DNA of 64,000 nt from an uncultured Chloroflexia bacterium (GTDB taxonomy: Bacteria; Chloroflexota; Anaerolineae; CG2-30-64-16): positions 384,001-448,000 of the forward strand of contig CAVZDU010000003.1 in NCBI GenBank assembly GCA_963774265.1, in the 5' to 3' direction. Position numbers and translations under genes: made by a program. The notes beneath the pieces were generated by a model. The model did no database searches. It was given only the letters and a program-made list of their open reading frames with translations, and had not been told where the DNA came from. Shown piece by piece: positions 1-10,546 of the stretch (positions are counted from its first letter, which is position 1; every line of letters starts with the position of its first letter).

Positions 1-896
1 GTCTTAAAGGGGGAGGTGGAGGTCGTCGGACAGGGCAAGGTGGTCAGAGTCCAGGCTGGTGAGGGCACATATGTCCTTAAGGATAAACCTCCGTTTCCGC
101 CGATTTGTGCGCATTTGGGGGACGTGAATGGATGGCTGGACAAACAACTGGGCACAGGATCGATCAAAGCCTTGGGTGAGCTTGTCGCAGGATGGAAGCA
201 GGAATCCTGTGCTGCCGCAACTGCAGCGGCGCCGGTTGCGGTGTACACCAGCCAGCCTCAGGCCCTTCCTTTGTCCGAGGGCATGATCAAGGTTGAAGCT
301 GGCGCCTATACGGTCGGCAGCACGCATCGGACGAGTTTCATATTCCTCCAATACAGAAGAAGCTGCCGACCTTCTGGATCGACATTCACGAAGTGACAAA
401 TGCGCAATATGAAGCGTTCTCAACCAGACCGGCCATCCGAAACCCGCTTCTTGGCCGGCAGGATAATCACCCGGTCAAGGGTGTCACCTGGGACGATGCG
501 GTTGCCTATTGCGCTTGGGCCAACAAGCGCTTGCCGTCTGAGGCCGAATGGGAAGTGGCCGCCCGGGGACCCAGCGCGGATCCGCCGTTGTATCCCTGGG
601 GTAGCGATCCGGAGGACGGTGGGAAGGTTGACTATCTCCCCCGCACCGAAACCTATGAAGTCGGCAGCGTTGCCTTTAACATGAGCCCCTTCGGTGTCTA
701 TGACATGGCCGGCAATGTCTGGGAGTGGGTGGGTGACCCATACTACCCCGTATCGGAAGGCATGAAGATCGTGCGAGGCGGCCGCTACGGGCGGATCAGG
801 GATATGGCTTACCGCCAGCAAGCAGAACCCAAGAGCGGACGTTTCGTCCCCTATGCCGGTTTTCGCTGTGCGGCCGATCAGGTGGAAGGAGAGTGA
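1..896 (+). CDS. Formylglycine-generating-enzyme (FGE-sulfatase/SUMF1) domain protein; 5' end probably outside window; frameshifted
   Basis: ORFs 16..396 and 393..896. Motifs VTNAQY, HPVKGVTWDDAVAYCAW, RLPSEAEWEVAARG, YPWG, DMAGNVWEW, GFRCA. Confidence 0.85.
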
Positions 897-899
897 GGG

Positions 900-2585
900 A
901 TGAAAAGGTCTTTTCGACTCTGGAGAGAGCATGGGTGCTGTTTCTCGTCTTAGCAGTCAGCAGTTGCACCGGTATGCAGTTCAACCGGCGCCAACCGGGG
1001 CTAAAGCTGTTGTAAGTCCTGCGCCGACAGGCAGATCCGGTCCGGCAGCTTCGGCGACAGCCCCGGCTGCAGCATCGGGTCCGAGGGCTTCCGCAACGCC
1101 GGCTTCGGCGCCGGCATGGGCGCTACTCCTGCCGCGATGGGTGAATCCGCATCCGCCGTGGCAGCCGCGCCTGTCAAGCAGGCAGTCGCCCAGAAGGGCG
1201 TGCTGTATCAGGATGATTTCACGGATCCGAAGAGTGGTTGGCCGAACAGTCTGGAGTATGGCAACTACTACATTGGCTATCATGAGCCGAATCACTACCA
1301 CGTGGAAGTCCATGTGCCGAACGATCGGGCGGTGGTGCCGTGCCGAAGCAGACCTTCGGCGACTTCACGATGGAGACGAAGGTCTGGGCCGATCCGAACA
1401 ACACAGCCAAGACCGGCGATTTCCGTTACGGTCTGGTCTTCCGGCGGTCGGGCAACCAGTACTATGCGTTCGTGGTCTCGCCGCGCACCAAGACCTGGTA
1501 TGTGCTGAAGAGTTCTCCGGGCGGTCTGGTGGACTCTGAAGAAAGGCAGCAATGATTCGATCCAGGGTCTGACGGCCGACGACACCTTGCGCGTGGATGC
1601 CAAGGGGTCGACCTTCTTCTTCCACATCAACGATCAGGAGCGTCGGCCAGGTCAGCGATGCCGACTACGCCAGCGGCGAGGCGGGCTTCCTGGTCGAGAC
1701 GCAGGACAGCCCCCGCGCCCACATCCATTACGGCACAACCACGATCCGCGAGGTCGAGACTGCTCAGCCTTCAGCGAGCATCCTGTATCGGGATGATTTC
1801 ACGGATCCTGAAGAGTGGTTGGCCGAACAGTGTGGAGTATGACAACTACTACATTGGCTATCATGAGCCGAACCACTACCACGTGGAAGTCCATGTGCCG
1901 AACGACCGGGCGGTGGTGCCGTGCCGAAGCAGACCTTCGCCGACTTCACGATGGAGACGAAGGTCAGGACCGATCCGAACAACACAGCCAAGACCGGCGA
2001 TTTCCGTTACGGTCTGGTCTTTCGTCGTTCGGGCAACCAGTACTATGCGTTCGTGGTCTCGCCGCGCACCAAGAGCTGGTATGTGCTGAAGAGTTCTCCG
2101 AGCGGTCTGGTGACCCTGAAGCAAGGCACGCAATGATTCGATCCAGGGTCTGACGGCTGACGACACCTTGCGCGTGGATGCCAAGGGGTCGACCTTCTTC
2201 TTCCACATCAACGATCAGGAGCGTCGGCCAGGTCAGCGATGCCGACTACGCCAGCGGCGAGGCAGGGTTCCTGGTCGAGACGCAGGACAGCCCGCGCGCC
2301 CACATCCATTACGGCACAACCACGATCCGCGAGGTCGAAACCCCACAGCTTGTGTGCACGGTAACCGCGTACGCGCTCAATGTTCGGAGCGGGCCAGGCA
2401 TGACGTACCCTTCGCTGGTCGTCATGCGAAGCGGCGCTCAATTCGAGCCGCTTGCCCGCGACGCTGTTGGATCATGGATCAATGTGCGTGTCATAAGTGG
2501 CGATATGAAGGGTTGGATTTCAAGCGCGCCAGCGTTCGTGACCTGTAACATGGCGGTTAACGACCTGGCGGTGCGCCAACCATGA
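900..2585 (+). CDS. Putative lipoprotein: Ala/Pro linker, two tandem ConA-like (DUF1080-type) domains, C-terminal SH3b; frameshifted
   Basis: ATG at 900; lipobox-like VLFLVLAVSSC in a shifted frame; DDFTDP.SGW...YGLVFR...GEAGF domain twice; LNVRSGPGMTY and GWIS SH3 motifs. Confidence 0.7.
1203..2339 (+). repeat. Near-identical ~580-bp tandem duplication (1203-~1760 and 1783-~2339)
   Basis: Direct comparison, e.g. GGATGATTTCACGGATCC at 1211 and 1791; ACGATCCGCGAGGTCGA ends both copies. Confidence 0.95.
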
Positions 2586-4631
2586 CTGAGTTCGCCGACC
2601 TGGAGATTGGGCTGCACCGTCGAGATGCCAGCGTCTACGTCATCGAGTTTCGTTTCAGCCAGCCCAACAGCGAAGCCGATGTGCGTCTTGATCAGGGCCA
2701 ATCGGCTCAGGCGGCTTTTGACCTCGGCTGAACTCATCAGCCTGGTCTACGACCCTGCGGCTTACGGACAAAACCTGACACAGTCCTTCTTCGCGGAGCC
2801 CGCCGTCCAGACCGCGTTCGTGCAGGCGCGTGCCAGCGCCCAATCGCTTGGCGCGCCTCTGCGCGTCCGGCTGCTGATCGGCGCCAGTGCCGGCGAGCTG
2901 CAGGCTCTGCATTGGGAGTTGCTGGCTGATCCGCAAGGGAACAGCCCGCTCTCTACCAGCGAGAACCTGCTTTTTTCTCGCTATCTGAGCAGCCTGGATT
3001 GGCGCCCCGTTCGACTGCGCGCCAAAGGTGAGCTGCGGGCTCTCGTCGTGGTTGCGAACCCATCCAACCTCTCCGACTATGGCCTGACGCCGATCGACGT
3101 GGCCGGGGAGCTGGTCCGGGCACGCGATGGGCTCGGCGAGATTCCCATCACCCCCTTGCCCGACTCGGATGGCGTCCGGCGGGCCACTTTGAACAATCTG
3201 GTCGCGCTGCTGCGCGAGACCGAGTACGATATTCTCTACCTGGTGTGCCACGGCGCCCTGGTCAAGTCGGAACCCTGGCTTTGGCTGGAAGACGATCAGG
3301 GTAAAGTGGCGCGCGCTTCGGGCGTCGAATTGGTTACTCGTCTTGGCGAATTGACGACGCGTCCTCGCTTGCTCGTGCTGGCCTCTTGCGAGAGCGCGGG
3401 CGACGGCTCCGGAGATGCGCTTGCTGCCCTCGGACCTCGATTCGCCGAGGCCGGCATCCCGGCGGTGCTGGCGATGCAGGGCAAGATCAGCGTGCAGACG
3501 TTGTCGCAGTTCATGCCGGTGTTTTTCCATGAGCTGCAACGTGACGGTCAGATCGACCGGGCAGTGGCGGTGGCGCGGGGCGCGGTTCGCCAGCGGCCCG
3601 ATCATTGGATGCCGGCTTTGTTCATGCGCCTCAAAAGCGGGCGCATCTGGTATGTTCCCGGTTTCGCCGACGAGCAGGAAGACTTTGAAAAATGGTCCAG
3701 CCTGTCCGGTTTCGTCCACGACCGGACCTGTACGCCGATCCTGGGACCCGGGCTAATCGACAGTATCATCGGCTCCCGGCGCGACATCGCGGTTCGCTGG
3801 GCCGAGCGACACGGCTTCCCCCTGGCCAGCCAGGACAGGGACAATCTCCAGCAGGTGGCCCAGTATCTTCTGACCCGTCAATCGCCGGCCTATGTGCCGG
3901 TTATCTATCGAGAGGCACTGCGCGAGGCAGTGCTGTGCCGCTTTAGCGCCGCACTACCCGCAGAGCTGCAGCAGGTCGCCACCTGGTCAACTCCTCAGTT
4001 GCAGCAGGCGCTCGGGTTGGTGTCTGACCGTTATTCGATGGACAACCCATCCGAGCCTTATGACTTGCTGGCGCGGTTGCGCTTGCCGATTTACGTCACC
4101 ACCTCGACACTCGATTTCATGACCCAGGCCCTGGTCGGGGCCGGCGCTGAGCCGGTCGTGCGGATCTGCCCATGGAACAAGTGGATCCCAAAGGAAAAGG
4201 CCATCTACGAAGACGAACCCACTCCGGAAAGGCCGCTGGTATATCATCTGTTCGGCCACTTGAGCGTGCCGAGCTCGCTCGTGCTCGCCGAGGACACGTT
4301 CTTCGATTATCTGATCGGAGTGACACAGAACAAGAGCCTGATCCCCAGCGCAGTGCGGGCAGCCCTAAGCAACACCTCCCTCTTGTTTCTCGGCTTCCAG
4401 ATGGACGACTGGGAGTTCCGGGTCTTTTTCCGTTTTCTCATAGGGCAGGAAGGGAAGGAAATGCTCAAGCTGTACAGCCATGCTGCGGCGCAGATCGAGC
4501 CGGAAGAGACCCGCATCCTGGATCTCAAGCGCGCCCGCAAGTACCTGGAAGAGTACTTCGAAAGCGAGCACATCGCTATCTACTGGGGCAGCACCGAGGA
4601 ATTCCTGAAAGCGCTATGGCAACATCTGTAG
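2582..4631 (+). CDS. CHAT (caspase-HetF) protease fused to C-terminal SIR2-like domain
   Basis: ATG 2582 (MTEFADLEIGLHRR) overlaps the upstream stop and joins ORF 2607..4631 by a frameshift near 2725. CHAT: LHWELL, LYLVCHG, VLASCES, VLAMQ. SIR2-like: PILGPGL, IYVTTS, VYHLFG, LLFLGF. Confidence 0.85.
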
Positions 4632-7600
4632 GTGAGCCCAATCCATATATCGGCCCGCGCGCCTTCCAATTGGGCGAGCGCATCTATGGCCGGGAGCACG
4701 AAGCCAGCCAGTTGGTCAACCTGATCATCGCTGAACGGGTCGTGCTGCTTCATTCCCCTTCCGGCGCGGGCAAGACCTCCCTGATCCAGGCCGCCCTGAT
4801 CCCAAGATTGCTGAAGAGCAGGTTCCAGGTGTTGCCTGTGGTGCGCGTCAATCTGGCTTCGCCGATTCGAAGGACCGGGACCCTGAATCCAACCGCTATG
4901 TCTACAGCGCTCTGCTGTCTCTGGAAGAAGGGCTGTCCCCCGGCCAGCAAGTTGGGTCAGCCGATCTGGCCCGGATGAGTCTCTCGGACTATCTGGCACA
5001 GCGGCCAGGCCGGAAGGCGCACTCGACATCCAGGTGCTCATCTTCGACCAGTTCGAGGAAATCCTCACCCTGGATCCCACGGACCTGGCTGCCAAGCAGG
5101 AGTTTTTCAGGCAGCTGGGCGATGCGCTGGCCGCGCCCAAGCGCTGGGCGCTGTTTTCCATGCGCGAGGATCATGTTGCGGCCCTCGATCCGTACAAGCT
5201 GCCTATCCCGAGCCTCTTGGCGAACACATTCCGACTCGACCTGCTGGGCCTGGAGGCGGCTCGCCAGGCGATCCAGCGACCGGCCCTGCAAGCCGGGGTC
5301 GAGTTCGAGGACGCGGCGGTTGAAAAACTGGTGGATGATCTGCGCCGGGTGCGCGTGCAGCAGCCGGATGGTTCGGTGGCGCCACAGCTGGGCCCACACG
5401 TCGAGCCGGTGCAGCTCCAAGTGGTTTGCCATCGACTGTGGGAAACCCCGCGTCCCGCCATGGGACGGATCACCGAGCAGGACCTCGCGGCGTTCGGGCA
5501 GGTGGACCAATCGTTGGTCGACCAGTCCCTGGCAGAGTACTATGCCGAGCGGGTGGCGGCTGTCGCGGCCGAAACCGGGACAAGCGAGCGCAGCATCCGG
5601 GAATGGTTCAATCGCCGGCTGATCACCGAGCAGGGCGTGCGCGGCACGGTGCTGATGGGAAAGGAACGAAGCGGCAGCTTGGACAACCGTGCTATCCGGT
5701 CCTGGTCGATGCCTATCTGGTGCGAGGCGAGAAACGCGGCGGGGCCACCTGGTTCGAGCTGTCCCACGATCGACTGATCGGACCGGTTCGCGGTGGATAA
5801 TGCTGCATGGTTCAAGGCCAACCTGAGCCTGGTCCAGCAGCGCGCCGACGTGTGGGAACAACAGGACCGGCCAGAGAGCCTGCTGCTGCGCGGGCAGGAG
5901 CTAGCGCAGGCCAGGTTGTGGGCGGAGGACCATCAGGCGGAGTTGCTGCCCTCCGAGGTGGATTACCTGGCCGGCAGCCAGGAGCAGGCTATCCGTGCCT
6001 TACGCCTGAGGCGACGCAACCAGGTCATTTTGGTGCTGGGAATAGCGTCGATGCTGCTTGCCTTCGTGGCTTCGCTAGCCTTCAGGACGGCAGCCCGTGA
6101 GCGGGACTTGGCCCGACGCCAGGAACGGCTGGCGCGTGCGGGCCAGTTGGCGGCGCAGTCGCAGGCCGCCCTGCAAGCGTTTCCGCCTCGCAGCATGTTA
6201 TTGGCCGTCGAGGCCCTGAGCGTTACGCTCAAGGCCGGTGAGCCGCGCCTGGCGAATGCCGAAAATGCTCTGCGCGGTGCTCTCAGCGATCCCCATGGGA
6301 TACCCTTGCCCGGTCACACGGGTGAAATCAAGGCCCTGGCCTTCAGCCCGGAGTGCGGCGGCTCACTCAGTGCGCCCGGCGGAGCTGTCCCTGGGACAGC
6401 GGCGCGGTGTGGACACTGGTTGGCCACCGGCAGCGATGACAATACCGTCCGGTTGTGGTCCATCGACGCCACGGATGGGGCCGCGAGTCCACTCATCCTG
6501 TCAGGCCACGAGAACCGCGTCACCGCCCTGGCCTTCAGCCCGGAGGGCCGTTGGCTGGCCTCAGGGAGCGCGGATCAGACCCTCCGGCTCTGGGACCTGC
6601 CGCGCCGCGGATCCCGCTGCGAATCCCCTGGTTCTGAACAGCCAGGGTGGTGACGTGTATGCATTGGCCTTCAGCCCGGAGGGCCGTTGGTTGGCCGCCG
6701 GCGGCCTCGACGGAAGGGTGCAGTTGTGGGACATGGCCGCGCCTGTAGCGGGAGCCACGCCGGTCATCCTATCCGGCCACCAGGGCTCGATCCTCATACT
6801 CGCCTTCAGCCCTGGCGGTCACTGGCTGGCAGCAGGCAGCGATGACAGGACCGTCCGGCTCTGGGACATGACCGCCGGGAATGTCGATGCGTCCCTGAGA
6901 GTTCTGCGCGGGCATGAGGGCGTGATCACCAGCCTGGCCTTCAGCGCAGACGGACGGTGGCTGGCCACCGGCAGTCGAGACAAGACGGCCAGGCTGTGGG
7001 ACCTGGCCGCGGCCGATCCGGAGGCTCAGCCGCGCGTTTTGCGCGGGCACAGCGATTGGGTCAACGCCCTCGCATTCAGCCCGGAGTGCGACCGCCTGCG
7101 CGAAGGGTCAGCGGATTCGTGTGTGCAATGGCTCGCGACCGGGAGCGGCGACAAAACCGTCATGCTGTGGGACCTGAGTGCTCCGGAGGCGGTCGCCTCT
7201 CCACGGGTTCTCACGGGTCACGAGGGGGCTATCAACACCCTCGCCTTCAGCCCCGAGGGTCGTTGGTTGGCGACCGGCAGTACGGACAAGACTGCTCGAC
7301 TGTGGGACCTGCGTGCGGGAGACCCCGGCCCGGCCCCAGTTGTTTTGCGCGGACATGAAGATTGGGTCAATACCCTCGCCTTCAGTCCGTGGTGCTACAA
7401 CCCGCCTGGGGCCTCCGGCGAAGCAGTCCTGGGGACAGGGGACGGGTGCCCGCGTCTGTTGGCCACCGGCAGCAAGGACATGACCACGCGGTTGTGGGTC
7501 GTGGGCGCCGTCGACCCGACCGCGGATCCCATCGTTTTGAACAGTCACAAGGACCAGGTCAACACCCTGGCATTTGACCCGGACGGACGTTGGCTGGCGA

Positions 7601-8874
7601 CCGGTGGGGGCGATCCGGCCGGATCGCCGGGCGGCGACAATACCGACAATGCCGTTCGGCTGTGGGATGTGGGAGCCGCTGGCCCGGCCGCGGCTCCCAT
7701 CCTCCTGAGCGGCCATGATAAGTGGATCAGCACGCTCGCCTTTAGCCCGAGGTGCGGCGCCCCATTCGGAGGGTCAGCGGCGCGGTGTGTGCAATGGCTT
7801 GCAACCGGCAGCGGAGACAGTACCGTCAGGTTGTGGGACCTAAGCGCCGGGGATGGTGTCGCCTCGCCCCGCGTCCTGACCGGCCATGCAGGGCCTATCA
7901 CTGCTCTCGCCTTCAGCCCACAGTGCGCCAACTCAACCGGAGCGACAAGCGTGCCAGCCCAGGGGTCAGCGGAGCAGTGCGCCCGCTGGCTGGCGACCGG
8001 CAGCCAGGACAAGACCGCGCGGCTCTGGAACCTGTCAGCCGCGGGCCCGGTCGGAGACGCACGCGTCTTGGCTGGCCACGAATCGATCGTCAGGGCGTTG
8101 GCGATCAGCCCGGATGGACGCTGGCTGGCCACCAACAGCGACTACACCACTTATTTGTGGGACCTCACCGCGCTGGGCGCGGATCCAATCAGGCCGGCGC
8201 ACACCCTGCACGAACACAGCGATTTCGTCACCAGTCTCGCCTTCAGTCCCGACAGCCGCTGGCTGGCCACCGGAGGTGGGAGCAGCGACAAGACGATCCG
8301 GGTATGGGACATGCGCGCTGCCAACCCCGCGGCCAATCCCAAAATCCTAACCGGTCCCCAGGCTGAGGTTAGCGTGCTGGCCTTCAGCCCGGGGTGCCCT
8401 GGCTCATCCCAAGCGCCGGCGGGGGGGTGCGGGCGCTGGCTGGCCGCTGGCAGCAAGGATAAGATAGTCCTGGTGTGGCCTGTTGGCGAGGACGGTCCGG
8501 GCGGGGAGCCGCTCGTCCTGCGCGGCCACTCGGGGTCGATCACCGCCCTGGCCTTTAGCACAGACGGCAATTGGCTTGCCACCGGCAGCGATGATGAGAC
8601 GGCCAGGCTGTGGGATCTGCATTCCCCGAACACTTCGGCCCAGTCTGCCGTGTTAGGGGGCCACGCGGCAGGGGTCCTCACCCTGGCTTTTGACCCGGAG
8701 GGCCGCTGGCTGGCCACAGGCAGCCAGGACCACACCGTTCGATTGTGGTCCTTGTCCCTGGACAACCTGATCAGCCTGGCCTGTTCTGGTGCGGGGCGGA
8801 ATCTCACCCAGGAGGAATGGGTGGAGTTCTTCCCCGGCGAGACCTACCGCAAGACCTGCACCCAGTGGCCCTGA
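4616..8874 (+). CDS. nSTAND1-type NTPase, transmembrane helix and 16 WD40 repeats (NLR-like receptor); several frameshifts
   Basis: NPYIGPRAF..GRE, Walker A SPSGAGKTS, Walker B LIFDQFEE, LQVVC..LW, ELSHDRL, TM VILVLGIASMLLAFVASLAF, 16 GH..AFSP..WLAT..LWD repeats, C-terminal C..AGRNLTQEEW..C cap. Confidence 0.9.
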
Positions 8875-8900
8875 CTTTGCCCGGCACCCGCCATCGGCCG

Positions 8901-10334
8901 TCAGGCGCGGTTCTCCACGTTCTGCCCTGTCGATAGGCGCACGGCCGGATCACCGATAATGGCGTAGCCGCGCGCATCATTGTTGGCCATCCACATGTGG
9001 GCCAACTCGTAGGGGTCGACCTTCAACCCCGCTTCGATCTCTTCCAGCTCATCGGTCAGCACCGTCGACAGCTCGGCCCAGCGTTGATTGAAGTATTCGA
9101 GCGCTGAGCCGATGGGGTGGCCGTCGAGCAGGCGCTGGAGCGTACTCTCGAAGACGGTTGTCTGCGCTCCCGCATCCGGCCAATCGAAGGAAAAGGACCA
9201 GGCGCGTTCGATGTGGCCGACCACTGCGAGCGCGCCGCCGCGGGGGTGGGATAGCATTTTCTTCGGCAGCTCCGCGGTAAAGGAGAATGGCGCGATGGGC
9301 CTCGGCTGCGCGAAGGCCTGTTTCGAATACTCGTCCACCCTGGGCGTGCCCGCCCCATAACATGCGAAGAAGAAGGCCACCATGCCCAGAAGGTTGGCGC
9401 TTTCAGCCAGGTCTTCGCCGGCAAAATAGTGGTCGCGTGAGATCGGCCGCCTGCCCCAGGCCTCTGGCCCAGGCCAATCCTGGCAAAGCAGAGCGCCCTG
9501 GTGCTGCATCTGACGCGGGTCGTCGAACGGAAACTCCATCCCGTGGCTCCCGGTCATGAGCAGGGCGGGCGCTTCGGGTCCCCCCAGAAGTGCCTGTAGT
9601 CGCGCCTTGGTCGCGCCATCCCGCAGGACCGACCGGATGTCCCAACCGGAACTCTTCGCACTGAAGGCCTTGTAGAGAGGTTCGATGAGGTTGCCGGTGG
9701 AGAGCGTCGTTGCACGGTCGCCGGGGTTGGCGACTCCGAAAAATGTGGCGGTGCGGGGCGGCGTGGTGTCAAGTTTTTCCGCGGCGACCACGCTGCCCGC
9801 ATAGCTGGCATACTCCTGTAATGTGTCAAAATCGAGACGGCCGACGGCATGTTGGACATCCAGCTCGTATTGAAACCGATAGGGGATCTCTTCAGGATGA
9901 CCGACAATCAAGAGGTAATAGGGAACCTTGTCAGGGTCGACCGGTCCCGGGCCAGCCCCGTAACGGCCGAGAAACCTCGATTTGGTGTCCGCGCCGCGGC
10001 GATAACCCTCCGCGCCGCTGAAGAGGCGAAAGTGGGGGCCGGCTTGCGTTTTGCGGAGCGCGAGGAGGTCTGTCAACGCCTCCTCGATGGCCGGGTCGGC
10101 GTCATCCGCGAAGATGATCCCCCAACCGGCCTCATCCAGCTTCTTGGGGTCGATCCCTTCCTTGAGGCCACGGTTCTCTTCGCTTTCGGTCAAGTGATAG
10201 CGAAGCTCCTTTGAATTCTCAGGTGTCCCAAGGCGCAGGATGACCGCCGCAAGTTCTTCGCCCGTCATGGGCGGTATTCCGTAGTCGCCGGTGGCGCCAT
10301 TGACGCCATTGAAGACGAGCTGCTTCTCGGACAT
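8901..10334 (-). CDS. Clan CD cysteine peptidase (C25/gingipain-caspase-like fold), no signal peptide
   Basis: Intact 477-aa ORF with PYYLLIVG, VGRL, His motif LMTGSHG, Cys motif FFACYG and terminal IIGDPA. Confidence 0.75.
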   Translation of the reverse strand: MSEKQLVFNGVNGATGDYGIPPMTGEELAAVILRLGTPENSKELRYHLTESEENRGLKEGIDPKKLDEAGWGIIFADDADPAIEEALTDLLALRKTQAGPHFRLFSGAEGYRRGADTKSRFLGRYGAGPGPVDPDKVPYYLLIVGHPEEIPYRFQYELDVQHAVGRLDFDTLQEYASYAGSVVAAEKLDTTPPRTATFFGVANPGDRATTLSTGNLIEPLYKAFSAKSSGWDIRSVLRDGATKARLQALLGGPEAPALLMTGSHGMEFPFDDPRQMQHQGALLCQDWPGPEAWGRRPISRDHYFAGEDLAESANLLGMVAFFFACYGAGTPRVDEYSKQAFAQPRPIAPFSFTAELPKKMLSHPRGGALAVVGHIERAWSFSFDWPDAGAQTTVFESTLQRLLDGHPIGSALEYFNQRWAELSTVLTDELEEIEAGLKVDPYELAHMWMANNDARGYAIIGDPAVRLSTGQNVENRA

Positions 10335-10403
10335 GGGGCCTCCCCATCCACTCCCCAGAACCGCCCTGTGCGCTTTGCCGATTCCGTCACGCTGTCAACG
10401 TGA

Positions 10404-10432
10404 ATTATACGTCCAGCCAGTCTTCCTGACAA
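10404..10432 (-). promoter_or_regulatory. Sigma70-type promoter of the peptidase gene
   Basis: Minus strand TTGTCA-17-TATAAT. Confidence 0.55.
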
Positions 10433-10499
10433 GACAAATCAGGCACAAACATTGGATAACCACCGGTCGGGTATCGTTTTGAGTGCGCAGGTAAGGGCA

Positions 10500-10546
10500 G
10501 CCGCGTAGGTAGGGGCAGCCGCAGGTGCTGCCCCTACCTACGCGGC
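10500..10546. repeat. Perfect 20-bp-stem GTAG-containing palindrome (REP-like or terminator) over the metY stop codon
   Basis: GCCGCGTAGGTAGGGGCAGC, 7-nt loop, GCTGCCCCTACCTACGCGGC. Confidence 0.75.

Noticed and set aside
393-896. FGE (CLec-fold) domain as a diversity-generating retroelement target
   Set aside because: No reverse transcriptase and no adenine-variant template repeat were seen in the window.
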